Source: Eledone cirrhosa
Lineage: Eukaryota
DNA: 64,000 bases
Assembly (NCBI GenBank): GCA_964016885.1
Contig: OZ024745.1
Location: forward strand, 56,172,001 to 56,236,000
Reading direction: 5' to 3'
Part shown: positions 1 through 14,080 of the stretch, piece by piece
Layout of the letters: every line of letters starts with the position of its first letter
Position numbering within the stretch: position 1 is the stretch's first letter
Notes under the pieces: generated by a model
What the model saw: only the letters and a program-made list of their open reading frames with translations
Told to the model about the DNA's origin: nothing
Database searches by the model: none
Position numbers and translations under genes: made by a program

Positions 1-220
1 GGTCGGGTCGTTGGCGACTAAACTGGCAACCCCACCAAGGTTTCTTGGTGAGGAGGGTGACTTTGGACATCCTGCAGGACTAAAAACAAAACCTGTCAAA
101 GGGCAAAGGAGCTCTTAAGAGTCAATGGCCATCCAAAATCACCGGGAGAGATGACCCCTTAGCCTTTGTCAAGGCAGAATTCTAGGAGAAGGAAAACTCT
201 GATATAACACCTGCAACCCT
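1..220 (+). mobile_element. probable RTE-type LINE 5' region remnant
   Basis: GC-richer block containing CTAGGAGAAGGAAAACTCTGA, a motif I associate with RTE-clade 5' UTRs; recognition from memory only. Confidence 0.3.
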
Positions 221-589
221 GATGGTATCCAATGATGTTGACTTGTTCTTCTTTTTGGTAAATATCATCTTGGTTAAGAGAGTGGGACTGGCTTTGTGCA
301 GTGCCTTTGCTCACTATAAAAGCTTCACGGCACAGGCATTGCTTTATATCTGGAGATCTCTCTGCACTTGTCGTCACATGGTACCATGGGCCCAGCACTA
401 TGTGTCAATAATTGTCACAAGTGTAGTGTTTGTACCAGAGTTTTCAAGTCGCTGGCTGGAATAAAAAGTCACATTCGTTCAGCGCATCGGTAGGGGTTCT
501 CCTACATGTATATAAAGTAGTGGCCGTACTCGAAAACGAGTTGGCAGCCACCATATATATATGTATGTATATGTATATGTGTATGTATT

Positions 590-960
590 AATTTTAATTT
601 CTGTTTACATATAATTATATTCTACTATTGATAAAATACAATATCTGTTTTATTTATTATATACCTAATTAACATATACTATAGAAATTAATATATAATT
701 TTTAATTTAGTTAACCTATAATTTATATTCTACTACCGATGTAATACTTTATTTGTTTTTTCCCTATTACTAAATTCATTTCCTAATATTGATACCATAA
801 CGTTAATAATTTTAATTTAGTTATACTATAATTAATACTCTACTACTATTTAACTTCAAAATTCTGCTTCAAATATTATAAACCTAAGTAATTTACACCT
901 TAGAAATCAATATATTAACTATCTTTAGTTTAGTTAACCTATAATTAATGGTATACTTAT
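590..960. repeat. diverged AT-rich tandem repeat, ~110-bp unit
   Basis: TTTTAATTTAGTTAACCTATAATT-ATATTCTACTA-like motif recurs at about 592, 700, 810 and 925. Confidence 0.55.
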
Positions 961-1139
961 ATTGAAATGCATAATTTTGCCTTCTTTCTTGCATTTCCTA
1001 ATACTGAAACTATGTAAACACATATTGTGATCCAAATACAGATTAATATTCTATGTTTCTTGAAACATATATTTACTATAATCCCCTTCTCCCCCCCCCC
1101 CCCCCCTTCCCCCCCTACTATTATTATTTGTATTTGTAA

Positions 1140-1268
1140 GCGTGTATGTATGTATGTATATGTAGGTAGGTGTATATATGTTTGGGTGTTTATATGTAAG
1201 TATAAAAATACATATATGCGCATGCAAATAAGGGTGTATGATTGTGTGTATATATATATATATATATA

Positions 1269-1321
<53 letters not shown>

Positions 1322-1627
1322 GTGTATGTATATATATATATATGTGTGTATGTATGTGTGTGTATATATGTGTATGTATATGTATGTCTCTCTATATATA
1401 TGTGTATCTTTGTATCTATGTGGGTATATGTGTGTATGTACATGTATGCACATGTATATGTCTATGTGTATATGTGTGTATGTGTATATGTGTACGTATG
1501 TGCGCATATATATGTGAGTGTGTGTGTGTGTATATATATGTATGTCTATGTATATATATATATATATATATTATTTATTATTATAATATAATATATGTAT
1601 ATATATATATATGTGAAAATATGTATA

Positions 1628-1658
<31 letters not shown>

Positions 1659-1969
1659 TGTATATTTGTAGTTGATGTGTGTATATGTATGTATATATAT
1701 GTGTGTGTGTATGTATGTGTGTATATATATGTATGTGTGTGTGTGTATGTGTGTGTGTGTATATATATATATATACATATATGTATATGTATGTGTGTGC
1801 ATATTTGTCTGACTGTGTGTATTAATTTATTTATTTTTTATTTATCTTATTTATTTATTTTTTTTTTTTTTTTATTTTTTTTTTTTATATATATATATGT
1901 ATGTGTATGTGTATGTATGTATGTATGTATGTGTGTGCATGTCTATATATGTGTGTGTGTATGTGTATG

Positions 1970-2030
<61 letters not shown>

Positions 2031-2124
2031 TATGTATGTGTGTCTTTGTGTGTGTGTATATATATGTATGTATGTGTGTATGTATGTGTTTGTATGTGTG
2101 TTTATGGTTGTACGTGTGTGTGGG

Positions 2125-2155
<31 letters not shown>

Positions 2156-2423
2156 GTGTATATGTATCTCTATTTATATGTGTATATATGTATATGTATA
2201 TACCTTTTTCTTGGTATGTCTGAGTTGTGTGAGCGTGTAGTGGTGTTTGTATGTATATACGCATATATGGATGTGTATGTATTTGTATATATGCGTATAT
2301 GTAAGTGCGTATGTGTGTGTGAGTATATATCTATGTCTATGTATGAGTATATATGTGTGTGTATGTATGTGTATGTGTATGTATGTATGTGTGTATGTGT
2401 GTATGTGTGTATGTATATGTGTG

Positions 2424-2454
<31 letters not shown>

Positions 2455-2467
2455 GTATATGTGTATG

Positions 2468-2510
<43 letters not shown>

Positions 2511-2630
2511 TTATTATATGTGTGTGAGTGTGTGTGTATATATATCTTTATATATGTGTATGTGTATGTATGTGTAGGTGTGTGTGTGTGAGTATATATG
2601 TATGTGTGTATATGTGTATGTATGTGTATG

Positions 2631-2693
<63 letters not shown>

Positions 2694-2822
2694 ATGTGTA
2701 TGTGTGTATGTGTGTATATATATATATTTATGTATATATATATATTTATATGTGGGTATGTATGTGTATGTGTGTATATATATGAGTGTATTTATATATA
2801 TATATGTATGTAGATGTGACTG

Positions 2823-2867
<45 letters not shown>

Positions 2868-2938
2868 GTATATATATATGTATATATATGTATATGTGTG
2901 TATATGTATGAGTGTGTATATATATACGAGTGTTGTGA

Positions 2939-3006
<68 letters not shown>

Positions 3007-3055
3007 GTGTGTATATATATATATATGTATGCGTGTATGTGTATATGTGTGTAAA

Positions 3056-3100
<45 letters not shown>

Positions 3101-3545
3101 CTATGTGTGTATGTGTCTATGTATTTATATGTGTATATGTATGTGTCTCTATATGTATGCGTCTGTGTATGTGTATGTGTATTTATATGGTATGTGTATG
3201 TATATGTATGTGTATGTATGTGTTTATATATATGTGTATGTATAAGTATGTATATGTATGTGTGTGTATGCGTGTGTATTTATTTATATGTCTATATGTA
3301 TGTATATCGATGTATACTTTATATTTTACTTGTTTGTATATAGATATGTGTGTGTATGTATATGTGTATATATATATGTGTGTGTATATATGTGTGTGTA
3401 TATATGTGTATATATATGTGTATATATATATGTATGTGTGTATATATGTGTATATATATTTGTATATGTATATATATGTGTGTGTGTGTGTGTGTGTATG
3501 TGTGGATGTATATATATGTATATATATATATATATATATATTTTC
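1140..3545. repeat. compound (TA)n/(TG)n/(TATG)n microsatellite block
   Basis: Directly visible; source of many spurious YI/VC ORFs. Confidence 0.95.
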
Positions 3546-4146
3546 TTGATATATTTCTTTTTTCTTTTTTCTTTTTCTTTTCTTTTTATTTCTAAGTTTA
3601 TAGATACATCTATAAATAGGCAGTCTGCCGAAACCGTTGAATACTGACCTCTCCCCCCCTCCCACCTAATTTCTGTATCCTGATCTAAATATGTGTGGCA
3701 GTGTTTATGTGCGTGCATTAATATCCATATGCTTATGATAATACTATATGCACATATATATGTGTGTGGGTGTGTGTGTGTGTATGTATGTTCGTAGTTA
3801 TGTGTATGTTTATGCATATACGCGCGTGTGTGTGTGAGTGTACGAATATGTGTGAGTATATGAATGTGTGTATACATTTATTTCATATTTATGTGTCTAT
3901 ACGCATTTTATCTGTGGATTATAAACTTACAGAGACATTAGCCTTGAATTTTTGTATTTGCATACATCTTTTTGACATGCGTATGCATGTGAACATATAT
4001 CTTTATGTAAATATGTGTACGAAGTTAATTACATGTATATACACACACCAAACTGCATAAAATTTTTTGTATTTTCATTGGTCAATTTAACTCTGTTCCC
4101 AAACGGACCTGAAATTTTGAATTGTTGTTATTATCAATAAATATAT

Positions 4147-4301
4147 TTCATTATTTCTGAAGACGGCATATATATGTGTTTGGTATGTATATTTAATTTT
4201 GATAGTTTGTATAATTTTGTATAATTTTGTACATAGATCTGATGAATATGCATGCCAATTCTAACACATATATATCCTAGAAACGATCGTTAAATAATGA
4301 A
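4147..4301 (+). ncRNA. type I hammerhead ribozyme with greatly extended stem II (family L, copy 1)
   Basis: Stem I TTCATTATTT/AAATAATGAA; core CTGAAGA (4157-63); long stem II (ATATATATGTGTT/AACACATATATAT and TGGTATGTATATT/AATATGCATGCCA); GAAA (4280-83); palindromic CGATCG; TT. Confidence 0.75.
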
Positions 4302-4495
4302 CTTTTTTTGTTTAATATAAGGAACTGTTTCATTGTTTTATTCATTATTTTTTTAATATTTTATCTTGACTCTGTATTCCGTTTATCTTTCACCGAAAGT
4401 GATTTTTCATTGCATCTCTTCTTTCCATGATATCCGGATTACATTGAGTTCTTCATACGGATTGGACACTACCGTAAACTCTTGGTAGATTTATC

Positions 4496-4557
<62 letters not shown>

Positions 4558-5229
4558 TTTAATACAATAACAGAGAAAGCTTTAAGCTAAACTCCGACTG
4601 GTAACCATCTCACTCAACAAACATTAGGTTATACGTTAGTATAATCCCAATTTAGTGTTTGGGGTGCTAACTATATGTATTTTGTGGAAAGCCAGTTGTA
4701 TTATTTTATATGAGATATAATTAAAGTTAAAATATATCTCTCTTTCCAAATAATTGTTTCATTATAAGTTTTCTACAAGTTGGGAGAAAGTTTGCAGTTT
4801 ATGTAGAAGCCTAACATATTTTCCTGTGAGAATATATGTAGGTGGGCACTTATAAATCGTCAGTGGATGCCCATTAAACTTTGATATGAGAAAAAAATTC
4901 CTTACCGCAGTTAATTTTCGTGTCCGCTAAGTTGTCCCTTCACGCATCGAATGATATGTATATACATATATACATATATATATATTAATAAATTTTATGA
5001 AGGCAGGTTCTATTTTCCATACTTTACTTTAATTTCTGCAATACCCAACCGTTATGTGCATTTCAGTGAAACTTTCCACTTGCTGAGAAACAGTAACAAA
5101 GGCAGGCACATCTTTATTTATTATAATTTTGCTAGTAAACAAAGCTGGTGTTATAATAAACCGAAGCAAGTAGGGCGTTGATCGTACAGAATTCGGAGAA
5201 ATAGAAATATATATATATATATATATATA

Positions 5230-5352
5230 TATAACAAAGAGTGTGTGGTAAGATACCAGGTACATCATAACGCACCAGAGTACTCAATACTGTTCGGATC
5301 TAGCTGTCTAAACGGCCGGCGCTCAGACGTCGGGGTCCGGACACTTTTTATA
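5230..5352. mobile_element. diverged fold-back fragment of PLE family A termini
   Basis: Diverged family A 3' tail (-) joined to the 3' half of the HHR (+); flanked by (TA)n. Confidence 0.6.
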
Positions 5353-5354
5353 TG

Positions 5355-5433
<79 letters not shown>

Positions 5434-5439
<6 letters not shown>

Positions 5440-6010
5440 ATAATAATAAATTTGAAGACTAAAATCCAAAGAGGGTTCGATAGGGATAAATATATATCAA
5501 ATATTTAAGAACCGTAGAGCAAATATTTATTAAAATGACAGATTAAAGTTTAAGCAAAAAATCGCTGCTTTCACCCTTAACGGGATCTTCTGAAACCAAC
5601 AAAGTTAATCTGTGAACGCAGAAGTGAATATTTCAAAAAACGTTGCAACCGAAGGACGACAGGAAGACGATACTTTGGTTCGTGGAAACGTTCCCTGGCA
5701 AAGAACGGGAAAAAACGTCATTATTTGGAGCGGTGAAAATCAATTACACGCAAAGACAAAACCACCTTTATGGTATAAAAGAAGTCGTAGACTAATATTC
5801 TATTAGGTGGTTCATAGAGACATTCTCTGGCAATGAACGAAAAAAACGAAGATAATACATCATATGTGGAGTGGGAAGAACAATTGCACGCAATGATAAA
5901 ACCACGTAAATGGTATAACTGAAGTCGTAGACTAAAATTCTAACTAGGAAACCGAATGATTCTCGGCTTCAGAGTTAAGAATAAAGTAAATAAAATACAG
6001 AGGTAATTGA
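5434..6010 (-). mobile_element. PLE family B 3' end (5'-truncated)
   Basis: Homologous to 22815-23240 and 25440-25645; abuts (TA)n; internal ~130-bp duplication. Confidence 0.75.
5539..5612 (-). ncRNA. hammerhead-like motif with CAGAAGA core (family B)
   Basis: CAGATT...GTTT-CAGAAGA-TCCC gttaa GGGT-GAAA-GCA..TGC-TT-AAAC..AATCTG. Confidence 0.6.
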
Positions 6011-6093
6011 AATTAAATAAATACATACACGCATCCATATACGTACATACACAAGCATTTGTATCAACCATATATAAATATAAATATTCGTAT

Positions 6094-6163
<70 letters not shown>

Positions 6164-6376
6164 CGTTTCTGAATTTGTTTAGCAAGATTCTTTATCTGAA
6201 ATCGTGTGTTGAAACCGATATTGTTATACTTTGGGAGGGTCATGTTGCCAATAAGAAACACACGCACCAGTTGCTTTCACTTCAATTTAATTTATTAAAT
6301 ATTTATAAATTTACAAATTTATAAATTTCTGGTTGGTTGGTTGGTTCCACAACCAGATAGTTGTTTATATATATAT

Positions 6377-6421
6377 AGTCATAGTTCTTTCGTCACACAC
6401 TCTGTGACCTCTTCAGTGACT
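6377..6421 (-). ncRNA. minimal type I hammerhead ribozyme (family N1)
   Basis: Inverted copy of 7678-7722. Confidence 0.8.
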
Positions 6422-6702
6422 GGGGATTTCTTTCTTCGTTTCTGTGCCTTTCCTTTCTTCTATCCTACGCCATTTTGTTTGTGTGTGGGTTGCGTGCTCA
6501 GTTTGCGCATGCGCCACATCCGGGTGTCTGTGTGTGTTTGTGTTCATTTTTCTATTTTTCTATTTATATTTTTCTATTTGTTTGTTTATTTATTTATTTA
6601 TTGTTGGTTGGTTGTTTGTTCTATGTGTGTGTGTGTTTTCATTTTGTGTGTGTTTTCAATTGTAAGTTGTTTGTTCTGTGTGTGTGTGTTTTCATTTTGT
6701 CC

Positions 6703-7211
6703 TTAATTGTAAGTTGTGATGTTGCTGTTCCACTCATATTTTCTATTTAATTTTGGTTTTAATTCTTTTATGCTTACTGCCTCTGTAATTTGCCTAAACA
6801 TTGCGTCTTTCTTGTGTGTGGATTCTATTTTTATTTCTATGCTCTCTAATTTACCCCTGTGTTCTATCTTAGCATGTTGGTAGAGCACAGATGATTCTTT
6901 ACTATCTTGGAGGTCTCGCCAGTGTTCATTTATTCGTTCCCCTATACTACGAGCTGTCTCACCTATGTACACTACATTTTTGTTTCTACATTGTCCTTCA
7001 GTACATCTTATGCTATATACCACATTTCTAGTTCTACAGTTAATATGGGGGCTTATTTTACAGGTTATACATTTCTTATCTATACATGAGGGTCTTTGGA
7101 ACGGGTATGTCTTGCTAATAAGTGTTTTTACGGAGGTACCAGGTCTTTCTACTATCTTAATATTGAGATTATGTTTCTTTAGGGCCCTTCTAAATTTGTA
7201 GGCTAGTTCGC
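6703..7211 (-). pseudogene. C-terminal GIY-YIG endonuclease fragment of a PLE
   Basis: NVVYSIRC...YIGETARSIGERINEH...RQITEA...LNRKYEW; clearly homologous to the C-terminus of ORF 47136-49310. Confidence 0.85.
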
Positions 7212-7677
7212 CTCTACCAACATGCTAAGATAGAAGACAGGGGTAAATTAGAGAGCATAGAAATAAAAATAGAATCCACACATAAGAAAGACGCAATGTT
7301 TAGGCAAATTACAGAGGCAGTAAGCATAAAAGAATTAAAACCAAAATTAAATAGAAAATATGAGTGGAACAGCAACATCACAACTTACAATTAAGGACAA
7401 AATGAAAACACACACACACATAGAACAAACAACTTACAATTGAAAACACACACAAAATGAAAACACACACACACATAGAACAAACAACCAACCAACAATA
7501 AATAAATAAATAAACAAACAAATAGAAAAATATAAATAGAAAAATAGAAAAATGAACACAAACACACACAGACACCCGGATGTGGCGCATGCGCAAACTG
7601 AGCACGCAACCCACACACAAACAAAATGGCGTAGGATAGAAGAAAGGAGAGGCACAGAAACGAAGAAAGAAATCCCC

Positions 7678-7722
7678 AGTCACTGAAGAGGTCACAGAGT
7701 GTGTGACGAAAGAACTATGACT
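7678..7722 (+). ncRNA. minimal type I hammerhead ribozyme (family N1)
   Basis: AGTCA-CTGAAGA-G-GTCACA gagtg TGTGAC-GAAA-G aa C-TA-TGACT. Confidence 0.8.
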
Positions 7723-7873
7723 ATATATATATAAACAACTATCTGGTTGTGGAACCAACCAACCAACCAGAAATTTATAAATTTGTAAATTTATAAATAT
7801 TTAATAAATTAAATTGAAGTGAAAGCAACTGGTGCGTGTGTTTCTTATTGGCAACATGACCCTCCCAAAGTAT

Positions 7874-7908
<35 letters not shown>

Positions 7909-8446
7909 CATACATATATATAAGCACCGATTTTAAACTTAAATCTGTTCTTATAATAAATATGGAGGAACAATCTATTTATGGTCGAACCTGAGTCTGG
8001 AATCGGAAGCTCCTCAGATATGTTTATTATGCAGGCTCGCGTTCGAGACTGTCTGGATATTTACCGAAATCCTTGTTCTAAGTTAACACATTTTCTAACA
8101 TGGTGGTATTCAGTCGTACTTGTTCATTGGTTTATTTTCGGTCAGATATATTAGCGCCTATTCTCACCATCCCAGTCAAATTTAACCGTGCATCCATCCG
8201 TGTCGACCTGTCTTGCTAGCCTCCACTGTCAAATTGTTTGAAGTTATCATTAAGGAGATACAGCAATACGATAATGCGTTGGTGGTGAAAAATAAGGATG
8301 GCGGAGTTAAGATAATAACCTAAAAAATATGCGGTAAGGGGCCAAACTTACTACGATATATCCGATAAGGAGATAAAGTAAAACAAAAACAATTTTTTTT
8401 TAATTTGGATCAATACATTAAAGACATTATATTTTCTATATAATAC

Positions 8447-8665
<219 letters not shown>

Positions 8666-8913
8666 AGATATGTTATAATATTTCTGTAACAGCATGTCAT
8701 GTTTTTATTTTTTTTAATTTTTAATTTTTAATTTCTAATGCTTTTATCTGTTCATAATTTTTATTGCATTTATATGCTCTTATTCATATGCTTCTTCTGT
8801 CTCTGTCATCTTATATAGATAAATACTTATACTTCCCTAGACTCCCACATTATGTAACCTCCTAATGTTCTTCCAACAAAGTTTTGTTATTATATTTGGG
8901 TTTGACCTTTGTT

Positions 8914-8964
8914 ATCTACTCCGATAACACGACCTTGTGCAAGGATGAAACGATCGTAAGGGAT
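8914..8964 (+). ncRNA. degenerate hammerhead-like motif
   Basis: ATCTaCT-CCGATAA-..CCTT gtgc AAGG..-GAAA-CGATCG-TA-AGGGAT; core deviates from consensus. Confidence 0.35.
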
Positions 8965-9093
8965 TAAATGTTTTAAACATTCTTTGATTGCCATTTACAT
9001 TGTATTTCGGCTCTGTACTACAGCTTTTATTTTGCATTGAGCTATTATCATATTTGTAATCGGGTAATATTTATTATTACCTATATTATATAT

Positions 9094-9198
<105 letters not shown>

Positions 9199-9673
9199 TA
9201 CAGCTGCAATTATATATATATATCAAGCGGTTGTTAAACCAGAATTACGTGATAAATCGTGTAAATATAAAAATGAAGGAATTGTTGCATATTTTAGATG
9301 ATCGAAGGCAAGGGAATAAATCGATGTCAGTAAACAAATTATATACTATAAGCAGAATTCATTTCCATCTATTTTTTTTTTTTCGTACATTTAATTAATT
9401 TCATACCTCATGAAACTTTTATTTGCATTTCCAAAGATTTTTAAAAAATCATTTTCGCAGTTTTTCACATTTAATTCGTATAATCTAATTATATTCACAT
9501 TTTTACTCTGCATTATTCAATATCTCCAAACAACTCAAAGCATTCTAATTTTCATCGTGAAATAGATGTATATAATTTGCATACACGGCTATATTAGTAT
9601 GGATATCATTTTGTGTATATATACATAAAAACATACACATACACCCACCCACACACACATATATATATATACA

Positions 9674-9900
<227 letters not shown>

Positions 9901-10145
9901 TATGTATGTGTGCTGTGTGTGAATGAATTTGTGATAGTATGTGCGTATTTATTCATCATGATTGATTAATAAATAAATATACGATTACAATGATGTCAAA
10001 ATCAATCAGATGCTGTGTAATATCTTTAACTTTCCTTAATGTTTCTTGCTATTTTTGCACTATTTCAATCAGATTAGAATCCTTTTCGGAGCATACATGC
10101 ATCTACACCGACAAACACACACATACGAGAACACACAAACGCATG

Positions 10146-10203
<58 letters not shown>

Positions 10204-10269
10204 GTGGGGTATGTATGCATATGTATATATGTATGTTTTATGTATATACATACATATATACATATATAC

Positions 10270-10350
<81 letters not shown>

Positions 10351-11254
10351 TGTGTGTGTGTGTCTTCTTTATAGATAATTCATTTTCCTTGGAAGGAGTA
10401 TATATATAATTTGGTTATTTGAAAACTATATATGTGGTTAGGAGGTGTGGCACATGTGTGTATTTCAGCCACATGTGGTAGCAGATAATATTTTAGAATA
10501 CTATTTCTCCGTAAGCCAATAATACGGAAACGAATATATAGTCTTTCTGGCAGTAATTGAAATTAATATTGAAAAAATAATCCCTTAACCTGCCTTACAT
10601 TAAATATATAAATGAATTACTCTTTCAAATGCATCAAGAGCATATTTTTCATAAAGCACGTTATCTATATTATTTTGTGATTGATTTAAATCTATTAAAT
10701 CTTTTATCTTTCCAGGCTGAATTACGTATTTGGCCAAGAATAATATCGAAGGTATTGCGGCAGACAATTCAATGGTAATATCAGTAGTAAATATTATATT
10801 CTGTTGCGATTTGGGGAATAATATTTTGTTCTACAGTCACAAAGTTTTTCCAGGCTGTGGGTAGTTGTTTCCAAATATGAATGCGAATTAGTATACGTAC
10901 TGACCCCTTTAAATTTGTCGCATCTTTGAAGACGTAAAGCATTGAGCTGAAGGGTATTTTTACCCAGTAAAACTGTGAGTCATCCAGCGTTACACACCTT
11001 TTACAGTTACCGTTTATGGATGGTAATCTAATATATTTTAATCCAATCAACTAAATAAACATCCAAAACATATTTTTACCGTCAAAAGATTGTTTTCTGG
11101 TTTTCGAATACAGATATGGGAAGAGCTCGCTTTCAAATAGTAAATAGCGAGAGCTAGCTGTTAATCTGTAAAATATGTATCGATATTAACCTAATATTGA
11201 ATGAAACGTCTTTACTCTAATATTAAACTTGCTTTTAATGAAACGTTTCATTTT

Positions 11255-11442
11255 AATAATTATTTCTACATTTGGCACAAGGCCATCAAATATCCAGTGC
11301 ATTACTGGTACTTTATTGTATAGACCACGTAAGGATGAAAGGCAAAGTTAACCTTGGCGGGATTTGAACTTGGACCTCGGACCATAAAGGGCCGTAACTC
11401 TATGGTGCAAACATGGCGTCCGATCCTCTGCCGATACTGAAT
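11255..11442 (-). mobile_element. tRNA-derived SINE
   Basis: Same family as 13886-14080. Confidence 0.85.
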
Positions 11443-13885
11443 TCTTCATCTGATGCTGCAAATCTCTAAATATAATCTGTGCATTTACATTAAGGAACCC
11501 ATTTTATACGTTCCGCTAAACCATTTCAACATGTTATGAGTTAAGCATCCAATGAAATTCTCGCAGAAATATGTCTAATTGAATGTCACCAAGAAAGTTG
11601 ATCCATGGAAAAATAAAACAACGATCATCTACATATGAGAGAATGTGAATGCTGAGAGTGTACGGGACTTGAATTAAAACACGAGTGGATCATGGTAATA
11701 AAATGGTGAAAACGAAGCGAGCATTTTCATTTCTAATCTCTACCTATTAATGATCTAATTATTGCTCACCATATATATAAATCTAAAACCTCAGCACCTG
11801 AATAATATCGTCACTCTTAAACGCATAGGCAACAAGTCACCAGCATTGAATTTGCTATGGAACTCATGAGTACTTACAATCCCAATATTATGTCGAGAGG
11901 TGCAGAATAATTTTAATTTCTTGTCTCGATGCACCAACTATTGCCTAAATTGATTTGTCTTCCTAATCTGAAAGAGATATCTATAATTTAAGGTGAATCA
12001 GTATTCATTGAATATTTACGTAGAATAAAAATAGTTATTATCAATACATACTAATATATTTCACTTAAATCCTTTATTTGTATGATAACAGGAAAATCTA
12101 TGTCAATTTCATTTCTTCCATTAAATATTGATACGTAGTCTTATTATTTTGTCCCTATTATTATAGTTCAAATGTTATATTTCAAGATTAAGTGCTAAAG
12201 CCCATTTCCATGCATATCTGATGCCAGAGCAAAGCAAATATAGTCCACTTCATATAAACCTCAATTCCATCATCGTTTGAATTCAGCAACAACAGTCGAC
12301 CAGGAGATATTTTTTTATTATGGAGACCTTTTGCAGTCAGTTGTCAATATGGTTAGGCAAATCATGGGAGCTAATATCTATGAACTTCATACCGTTTTAT
12401 GAAATCAGAATATTTTCCTTTATTTATTTATTTGCCCAGTGTATCGACGCGTTGTCACGTTAAACGGAGCTTATGGTTTACTACCTAGATTACAAGTTGT
12501 GAAAACAATTTCAGATAGTTTTAACCGATTCTGTTTGTCGTAGACATTCTCATTCTCTTACGATGCTCATCCCAAAATATAGTACGAACGACAACGCACT
12601 GAATTGTTCTAAATGTATAAGCACGTAGATTTTCAAGCAGACAAACGCATGTACATTTGCTAAGAAATTGGACTTCCTCATAAATATAAGCAGTAACAAT
12701 TTCACTTTAGGGATGAAGTGAAACATAAGCCCCCAGTTATGTTTGAAATCACTTACTTCTTAATTCGAATTAACATGAAAATTCTGCTTCTGAATATTTA
12801 TCCCTGCAGCATTGCTACTTTCAAAATGCTGGTGATAATAATATCAATCAGTCTCTAATTCTTTTCTGTAATTGCCTGTCAACATTCACATCACTGGGTG
12901 GTACATTATATTTCAGCTTGGCTTTCATAATACAATTCAAGCGGATTTAATTGGTTTGGAAGTCGTTTATGTACAGAAAGATATAAAATGTTTTATAATT
13001 AGGTTTTCTCTTAATTTGTGCACACTGTTTTTCTTTAGCTCGTTTTGTTTTCATTTACGTTTCTGTCGAAAGGAAGAATATATATAGCAGGTAAGCAATT
13101 ATTTACGAATATTGTAATTTGCTACCTAGTAAAATATTTCTTACTTCCGAAATGATGGTTTTGAAACCTGATTTGAACTACAATTTTTTCTTCGCCAAAG
13201 GAAATAATAAAACATTTACAATAGGAGCATAATCACTTTTCTAATAAGTGCAAATATTCATTATGAACAAATTCATACCTTATAGCTAACCTGACAAATG
13301 ATTAGTCGGTATATATAGGTTGTAATATATTTTCGTAGCAGACGTTATATCGGGTAGTATTAATTATTTTTTTACATAGATTATTCCCAAATGGTTGTCT
13401 TTTGCTTGACGAGTATATAATAAAAAATAAAATATAATATAACTTTGTTAACTAGAATAGAGTGGCTGCACTCCTCAAGCTATTACCATGCGTGTGGTTA
13501 CAAGAACACGAAGCATTACTATCATACAATTCTAAGCTCCAATGCCTGAATATTAGGATGGTGCCGCTGAAAAATATTACGTAAATATAAAGATCAAGTC
13601 TCCATAGACTGGAATGCTAAAGCAGGCACATGTGCATATGGCCAATGTGCAGAGACGGTGGAACGATTTGTGATCAGTGAAACCAAGGAACAGATTCTAA
13701 TGAATAGAATTTGCTAGCAGCCACAAGCTGCCCCTACACAACACTCTGTTCCCATTCACGAAATTGCAGAGAACATGATATGCACCCAATAACAGTATTT
13801 TAGAATATCGGCTATTTTTCGTGCCAATACTGTGTTGTTTCAAATCAAGGAAAGATACTACCAGTTACCATTATTAAAAATCGAT

Positions 13886-14080
13886 GAAGGGCAGTGAATT
13901 GGCAGTATCGGTAGAGGGTTGGGTGCCATGCTTTCCAGCATAGTTACGTCCCTTTACGGACTGAGTTCAAATCCCGCCGAGGTTAACTTTGCCTTTCATC
14001 CTTACGGGGTCGATAAAATAAAGTATCAGTAATACACTGGGATAATTGCTGGCATTGTGCCAAAAGTAGAAACAATTATT
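13886..14080 (+). mobile_element. tRNA-derived SINE with 16-bp target-site duplication (TSD)
   Basis: A box TGGCAGTATCGG; B box GAGTTCAAATCC; body GCCTTTCATCCTTACGGGGTCGATAAAATAAAGTA; TSD ATTATTAAAAATCGAT at 13870-85 and 14075-90. Confidence 0.9.

Larger units (their letters stand above)
6160..7881. mobile_element. Penelope-like element (family N1), 5'-truncated, with inverted 3' duplication
   Basis: Arms of about 6217-6885 and 7212-7881 are near-identical inverted repeats; flanked by (TA)n; encodes a GIY-YIG. Confidence 0.9.

Noticed and set aside
957-4060. Dozens of long overlapping ORFs (YIYI/VCVC/HTHT), here and throughout the window
   Set aside because: They are translations of stop-free dinucleotide microsatellites, with no protein signal
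10400-13100. Coding-like AT-rich stretch, possibly an old DNA-transposon protein (SPLHI..HH..S motif near 12240)
   Set aside because: Too decayed to assign by eye; needs a tBLASTx search
13886-13985. Possible tRNA genes (A and B boxes)
   Set aside because: These are SINE heads with a shared body, tail and TSDs; no cloverleaf
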